Shown here one piece after another: positions 56,578 to 64,000 of a stretch of DNA of 64,000 nucleotides. The first letter of the stretch is position 1. Every line of letters begins with the position of its first letter. The stretch comes from Octopus vulgaris. Lineage: Eukaryota. The DNA lies in contig OX597824.1 of assembly GCA_951406725.2 (NCBI GenBank), positions 7,936,001-8,000,000 of the forward strand, read 5' to 3'. The notes under the pieces are model-generated. The model made no database searches. It saw only the letters and a program-made list of their open reading frames with translations, and was not told the origin of the DNA. A program made the translations under genes and the position numbers.

Positions 56578-57230
56578 TTGCGCTAAAAGTGGGAAATTTA
56601 CAGCACGTCCATTAGTGATAGTGACATAACATCTTTTGTAGACGTGCTGTGTTTAAAAACCAATGTATATCTATAATAATAAATGCCAATGTATATCTAT
56701 AATAATAAATGCCAATGTATATCTATAATAATAAATGCCAAAACGAATGTATATCTATAATAATAAATGCCAATGTATATCTATAATAATTAAATGCCAA
56801 TGTATATCTATAATAATAAATGCCAAAACGAATTTCTGTGTGTCAGTGTGACCATTGTTCCCTGGGACACTTAATCAACTTTTAGCTACCTTGTAATTAT
56901 TCACTTGGATCTTTTCTATAAATTGTACACTCATATATATATATATATATATTTATATAATTATTCACTATATATATATATATACTATATATATATATAT
57001 ATATATATATATGAGTGTACAATTTATAGAAAAGATCCAGGTGAATAATTACAAGGTAGCTAAAAGTTGATTAAGTGTCCCAGGGAACAATGGTCACACT
57101 GACACACAGAAATTCGTTTTGGCATTTGTTATTATAGATATACATTGGTTTTTAAACACAGCACGTCTACAAAAGATGTTATGTCACTATCACTAATGGA
57201 CGTGCTGTAAATTTCCCACTTTTAGCGCAA
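56578..57230. repeat. Near-perfect long palindrome with a (TA)n spacer; left arm carries six copies of a 26-bp tandem repeat
   Basis: 56578-56933 versus 57012-57230; AATGTATATCTATAATAATAAATGCC x6 at 56662-56824. Confidence 0.95.
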
Positions 57231-57700
57231 AATTGTTAGGAAAACGTAAACAAACCAACACCGATTGTAAGCGATAGTAAGGTAACAAACTCAGACACAA
57301 AGAGACGTACACACACACACACACACACACAAAAGATGGAGAAAGCGAAAGAGAGAGAGAAAGAGTGAAAGAGAGATACGACGAGCCTCCATACACTTCT
57401 TGTCTACCAGATTCACTCGAAAGGTGTAAATCAGCCCAGGGTTATAATACAAGCCACTAACCCGAGGTATGGGCTAAGGGACCGAACTCGAAATCAAAGG
57501 ATTGTGAAGCGAGCTTGTAAACCACACGGCCATGCCTGCGCCCCGGAAAGAGGAAATAAAATAAGAAAAGAAAGAAAATAGAAAAAACAAAACATGGTCG
57601 CTTCTTTCCTTCTTCTGATGACTAAGTAAGATGGACGATAACAATCAAACAAAAGGTTTTTTTTTTTAAATCACACGGTCACTTCTTCAATCCTGTTCAC

Positions 57701-57742
<42 letters not shown>

Positions 57743-58026
57743 ATCACGATGAGAATGATTATTTTCAATGTTATACGGCGCCGAAAAGAGGCCATTGCAC
57801 AACAGTATAATACAAAACACAACAATAAGAACAAACAAGCCAATGAATGTATTAAAAAAATGAATTGTTAACATTTGTGTGTAGAGTACACACTCGCAAT
57901 ACCCCCCCCCCCCCACACACACACACAGGCACTCAATTACATGCAAACATACATACATACATACATACATACATACATACATACATACATACATACATAC
58001 ATACATAAATACATACATACATACAC

Positions 58027-58434
58027 ATGTAACACACTGCCTAAATACCAGTCTTGTGAAATTAGGCTGCTCAAAACCAGAAAGGCAGAGAGCTAATTCG
58101 AAGACTACAGATCCAGTCTATCACTGTAACTGTAACAATCTGTAAAACTTTCCAGAAGTTTAGCTTTTAAATAAATATGAGCATGTCTAGATATGCAACT
58201 ATATGCATGAGAATACATACATAAAACATACAAATACACACATACATACATACATACATACATACATACATACATACATACATACATACATACATACATA
58301 CATACATACATACATACATACATACAAAAATACCCTGTTGTTGATGTTGAAATTCCAATGAAGGAGGCTTGGATCTTGGTTAGAAACCGGTTCTTTCTCT
58401 ATTGGCAAGAAATCTTGAAATAAACTGAATAATG
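58027..58434 (+). mobile_element. RLE LINE 3' end (same family as 50312-50675), flanked by (TACA)n
   Basis: Collinear with 50327-50675. Confidence 0.85.
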
Positions 58435-58489
58435 ACATACATACATACATACGTACATCCATCCATACATACATACATACATACATACA

Positions 58490-58522
<33 letters not shown>

Positions 58523-58540
58523 GCATACATATGTGCATAC

Positions 58541-58850
58541 AAAAATGCCATTCGGGAGGAAAGACAGCCCTAGGGTGAATATATAAAAAAAGGACTTCCG
58601 TTGCTGAATAACACACAGATATGACACATCATGAGGAATATTGGTGAAGTATTCCCATCAAAACATCCGCCAAATTCACGTATAACAGGTCCAGTATCAT
58701 TATTGGTTACGGAAAAAGAAAACTGTGCACGATTATAGACTTGGAAGTCGTATAATTTGAAAGGCGTGGAAATTTCTTTCAAGATCACCGAAGAAAAACA
58801 TTTTTTATGTACAACTGGATTCATATCTACAAGTTTTCACTGTTTCCAAA
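58541..58850 (+). mobile_element. Decayed RLE endonuclease-domain fragment between (TACA)n arrays
   Basis: EEYW*SIPIKTSAKFTYNRSSIII...KLCTIID...YKFSLFP resembles EYWWN.PIKT..K..HNRPDIIIW...LC.I.E. Confidence 0.65.
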
Positions 58851-59961
58851 GCCGAAAACTACAATACATACATACATACATACATACATACATACATACA
58901 TACATACATACATACGTATGTACGTATATACATACATACATACATACAAATATACATACATACATACATACATAAATACATACATACGTACATACATACA
59001 TACATACATACATACATACATACATACATACATACATACATACATACGTATGTACGTATATACATACATACATACATACAAATATACATACATACATACA
59101 TACATAAATACATACATACATACATACATACATACATACATACATACATACATACATACATACATACATACAAATATACATACATACATACATACATACA
59201 TACATAAATACATACATACATACATACATACATACATACATACATACATAATACATACATACATACATACATAAATACATACATACGTACATACATACAT
59301 ACATACATACATACACACATACATACATACATAAATACATACATACATACATACATACAAATATACATACATACATACATAAATACATACATACGTACAT
59401 ACATACATACATACATACATACACACATACATACATACATAAATACATACATACATACATACATACATACATACATACATACATACATACATACATACAT
59501 ACATACGTATGTACGTACATACATACATACATACAAATATACATACATACATAAATACATTCATACGTACATACATACATACATACGTACGTACATACAT
59601 ACCTACACATACATGCATTCATGCATACATACATCCATACATTCATACAAACGTATATACATGCCTACGTACGTACGTACATATATACATACGTACATAT
59701 GTACATACATAAATACATACCTACGTACGTACATACACACATACATACATACATACATACACACACACTACATAAATAATATGGGTGACTAATTCACAAT
59801 TTTACGACCTAAAGGCAGAAATATATACGTCACTAAAGTGAACCAAAGGCACTAATCAGCGCCAGTATTGCTAGAAATAAGAGTCAAAACAACTCAAAAA
59901 CCACGATAAGTACTATCCTAATGACTGACAAGGGAGGCGAACCCTCTACAGCAGCGGGCAT

Positions 59962-60010
59962 AGCTAGATCGTCGAAGATTTCGCATTTCCTTTAATGCTC
60001 ATTAGTGGCT
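59962..60010 (-). ncRNA. Type-I hammerhead-like motif (G5A) embedded in a multibranch structured element (59924-60050)
   Basis: AGCCA-CUAAUGA-GCAUU(AAAGGA)AAUGC-GAAA-UCUUCGACGA-UC-UAGCU; outer stems ACUGACAAGG/CCUUGUCAGU and GAGGCG/CGCCUC; hairpin CGGGUUA/UAACCCG. Confidence 0.7.
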
Positions 60011-60112
60011 CTCACGGCGCCTCGGGTTAAGCGTAACCCGCCTTGTCAGTTTATAAGATTTCCGTTGAAATCACAAGCTGATTTCATAAACGGTAAAAGT
60101 GAAAATTATAAA

Positions 60113-60181
<69 letters not shown>

Positions 60182-60183
<2 letters not shown>

Positions 60184-61048
60184 GGGTGCAGTGAATAAAT
60201 TGTCATCTAAATTATGCAAAAATGAAAATAATACTGACATCTCATTTTAACAGATATTTACCAAAGTTACATAAAAATATCTTGAATAACTGAAGAATAA
60301 ATTTATTCAATAAAATCGCCATTGGCTCCAACCACGACCTCCAGAGGACTTCGAAATGTCCTGCAACTCTTCTGAACGGTCTTCATGTTTAAGTTGGTGA
60401 ATGCTGCCATAATCCTTGCCTTCAATTTGTCTTTGGTGTTACAAGGAGTTTTGTTGGTCTCTCGCTCAGCTGTGCCCTACGCATAATAATCAAGGGGGTT
60501 GCAGTGTGGGGAGATAGGTGGCCTGATGTTAGGGGTGATGTGGTCGCAGAAATTGTCTGACAGCCATGATTGGGTTCTCCTGTTTGTGTGGCATGTTGCA
60601 GAGTCCTGTTGCCAAATATAGGGTCTCCAGCAGACATCCTCTTCACCCAGGGCATCACTACCTCCTCCAGACACTTGATATAGGCCTCCATGTTGCGTCT
60701 GAGGCCATGTGGGAACATGAAAAGAGGCACAATGTCACCATCACTAGTGATCACTCCAAACACCATGATGTTGACTGGATGTTCGATTTTTATCACTCTC
60801 GGTACATGTCCTCAGATTGACACCCAGACACTCTGAAATGTTCGTATTGGAGCTTCCGGCACGAATGCCAAGCAGTACAGTATGACGTTTGCAAGTTTCT
60901 GACAGAGGGAATTGCGTCACGATGTTGTTTTTCTCACAGACGGGGCCCAACTGACCTTACTATACGGTGTAGTCGACAAAATCTAAAAAAATAATTCGCA
61001 TGCGCGAAATTAAAAATATGAAATGGCATTAATTTACCCATCGCACCT

Positions 61049-61050
<2 letters not shown>
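60182..61050 (-). mobile_element. maT (DD37D) Tc1/mariner-superfamily element, internally deleted, both TIRs, set in (TA)n arrays
   Basis: MVFGVITSDG...YIWQQD-[37 aa]-NPLDYY...LEVVVGANGDFIE*; imperfect TIRs TAGGGTGCAGTGAATAAATT and AATTTACCCATCGCACCTTG. Confidence 0.9.
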
Positions 61051-61132
<82 letters not shown>

Positions 61133-61241
61133 CTGCTCGCTTAGCCAGCGGGGTGGAGTCATTCGAAGGCTAAAAAACAATGCGAACGCATTGTGACCAA
61201 CGATGTGTAACAACATCTGATGGTCTGGTCGGTCACGTGAT

Positions 61242-61284
<43 letters not shown>

Positions 61285-61411
61285 TATATATATATACAGA
61301 CATGACACCCCATAAAACATAGTTTTAAGCTTATTTTAACTTGAAAAGTTTATATTTTTTTTATTAATTGGCATATTTATGTTTCAGGTTTCTGTATGTC
61401 ACTGATTAGTC

Positions 61412-62413
61412 ATGCCACAGACAAAATAAGGCTTGAAACTGTCCGAATTTCAAAGAGGCCGTATTGTGAATCACTCTGAAGGTGGATCTAGTCAGAGTAA
61501 AATCGCAGAAAAACCTTGGGATCCCACTTCCTACGGTCAATAGAGTGATTGTGCAATTCACCAGGGAGGGCAAGGAATTCACATTACCTCGCCTAGATCG
61601 ACCAGGGCTCTCTGACAGGACCCTTCGCTTTGTTAAGCGAAGTGTGGAGGATAATCCTCGTTGCAAGTCCTCTGACATAGCAGAACAAGTTGATGTCAAT
61701 TCTAGAACACCAGTCAAGTATCTCCACAAACTTGGTTACTATGACAGAGCAGCAAGAAGGAAGCCACTTCTTTGACCAGCCAATATCAAGCAGAGAAAAG
61801 ATTGGGTCAGTGAGAAGGTGGAGAGGCCACTAGCTTTGGGACATTGTCATATTCTCTGATAAGTCCAGATTTGCTGTATTTTCTGACAGTGGTCGAGTGT
61901 GGGTGTGGAGACTCTGACATCAAAAATTTGAAGTGAAAAGATTGAAGCCAACAATAAAACATGGCAGCTATTCTGTGATGGTCTGTGGAGCAATTTGGAG
62001 CAATGATCGATCAGAGCTGGTGGAGTGTGAGGGAAACATAAACTCAGATAAATATGTGTCCATATTGTAGAAAAGACTCCTTCCAATCTTCTCCAGTGGT
62101 GAAATGATTAAAGAAGATTCTATTTATGGAAGATCAGGCTCCTTGTCACACGACTAACAAGACCCCAAATTTGGTTGGAAGAGAATGGCATTAAGAAAGC
62201 TTCCATGGCCATGTCAGTCACCAGATATGAACCCTTTTGGACACCTCTGGGTCATAATGAACAGAATATATCATGAACAGAATAAGAAGGCATACTCAAA
62301 GCCATGAAACTTGGCAAGAAATTCCTCAAGAGAATATTCGTCATCTGATCAGTAGCATGCCTAATAGGATCTTTGCATTGAAAAATGCAAAGGGGATGTC
62401 TACTGAATATTAG
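61412..62413 (+). mobile_element. Tc1-like transposase pseudogene
   Basis: LSEFQRGRIV...AARRKPLL...WDIVIFSDKSRF...MVCGAIWS...FMEDQAPCHT...WPCQSPDMNPFGHLW...SMPNRIFALKNAKGMSTEY*; multiple frameshifts and stops. Confidence 0.9.
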
Positions 62414-62641
62414 ATATTTGCATTATAGATTTAAATTGATTTTAACGAGTATAACCGTCTCTATTTACTTCTGTCGTGCCTGTGTATATACAAGACAGAA
62501 GTGTGCAGCGGTTTTCAAATGGTGCATCGAAAAGATATGTCTTCTTGACGCTGCGCAAGATTTAAAAAATGTAATTTGATGATTTAGAAACGTTATGCTA
62601 ATACTAAAACAAGTCACCCAAAGTTTTATTTTATTTAAATA

Positions 62642-63040
62642 CCAGCAGTATCGCCCGGCGTTGCTCGGGTTTGTAAGGGAAATAACTATATAAGCATTTT
62701 TAGAGAGTTACAGCCAAAAAATAGCAAAACATGCATTAAAAATGGTAAAAAAATTATGGTAATTTTTTTTTTAATCGTTGACTCATCGTAGATATTTTTA
62801 GAGAGTTACTTCCCTTATATAATAGCGAAAAAATGCATTAAAATGGAAAAAATTATGGTAAATTTTTTTTTAAATCGTAGACTCATCGTAGACGCGCGCT
62901 AATACCCAGAAGGGCTCGATATGAATCACGACTATAAGATACCCCCTTTTGGTTACACTGCACGGCAAAATGTGGGAGTAGTTAGGAATCTAAATCGTAG
63001 GAGACAGACACACAACTTGACTTTTAGATATATATAAAGA
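62642..63040 (-). mobile_element. Non-autonomous Helitron
   Basis: Minus strand A|TCTTTATATATA ... CCCGAGCAACGCCGGG hairpin, 8 nt, CTGG|T; AT target, no TSD; internal tandem duplication of about 100 bp. Confidence 0.88.
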
Positions 63041-63489
63041 TATATATAAAAGTGTAATTTTTTTTCTAAAATTTTCACTTGGGGTATAGTTTTTGTTTGC
63101 GGTTTAATTCTTGTTTTTGTTTTTATTTTCGTGTGCGATTTTATTCATTTTTGTTTTCGTATTTCTATACAGAATGAGTTAATCATATCACAAACAAAAC
63201 TAACTGAGAACCATTGCAGCCGAGATTGATTTCTGGAAACGATGGCTGTTATTACTAACAGGTTGAATGAGAACGTAGGGGCTTTCCCAGTGTCTCGCCG
63301 TTTACGTGTCCTTCAGCGAAGAAGACGCCAGAAGATCAATTCAAATGTAAAAATGAACAAGAAGAAGACAAAAAGAATTTTTTTAAACATTGGAAGAGTA
63401 TTATGTTCACTGTGAACAGGTCATCCGTCTAAATTTTTTCTTCACACGGAAATATAAATATATATATACTTACACAAACGCACACACAA

Positions 63490-64000
63490 TACATACATAC
63501 ATACATACATACATACATACATACTTAAAGACATACATGCATACATACATACATACATACATACATACATACATACATACATACATACATAAAGACATAC
63601 ATATATACATACATACATACATACATACATGCATGCATGCATACATACATACATACATACATACATACATACATACATAAAGACATACATGCATACATAC
63701 ATACATACATACATACATACATACATACATACATACATAAAGACATACATATATACATACATACATACATACATACATGCATGCATGCATACATACATAC
63801 ATACATACATACATAAAGACATACATACATACATACATACATACATGCATGCATGCATACATACATACATACATACATACATACATACATACATACATAA
63901 AGACATACATACATACATAAAGACATACATACATACATGCATGCATACATACATAAAGACATATATACACACATACATACATACATACATACATACATAA
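63490..64000. repeat. (TACA)n array with recurring TAAAGACA and TGCA variants
   Basis: Directly visible. Confidence 0.97.

Noticed and set aside
56662-56824. Possible CRISPR array
   Set aside because: Head-to-tail tandem units with no unique spacers

Overview
Eukaryotic, AT-rich, microsatellite-saturated DNA. The repeat content suggests an octopus or other coleoid cephalopod intron or intergenic region; this is an inference. No host protein-coding exon can be supported, and almost all listed ORFs are microsatellite artefacts. The window is a mosaic of mobile DNA: about 30 tRNA-derived SINE copies from 4 or more families; decayed mariner (DD34D), maT (DD37D) and Tc1 transposases; a hAT MITE with an 8-bp TSD; a Tigger/pogo-like MITE; a non-autonomous Helitron; and RTE, R4/Dong-type (RLE) LINE and Penelope-like (PLE) fragments. 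The most notable signal is about 10 type-I hammerhead-ribozyme-like motifs from several unrelated sequence families. Most lie in PLE-derived fold-back (inverted-repeat) modules, and some have unusually long stem II. Also notable are an RLE LINE family whose copies abut (TACA)n arrays and which carries a hammerhead-shaped 3' UTR motif, and a 650-bp palindrome with a tandemly amplified Helitron-like 5' end. Coordinates were counted by hand and may be off by a few nt; no database searches or folding programs were run.
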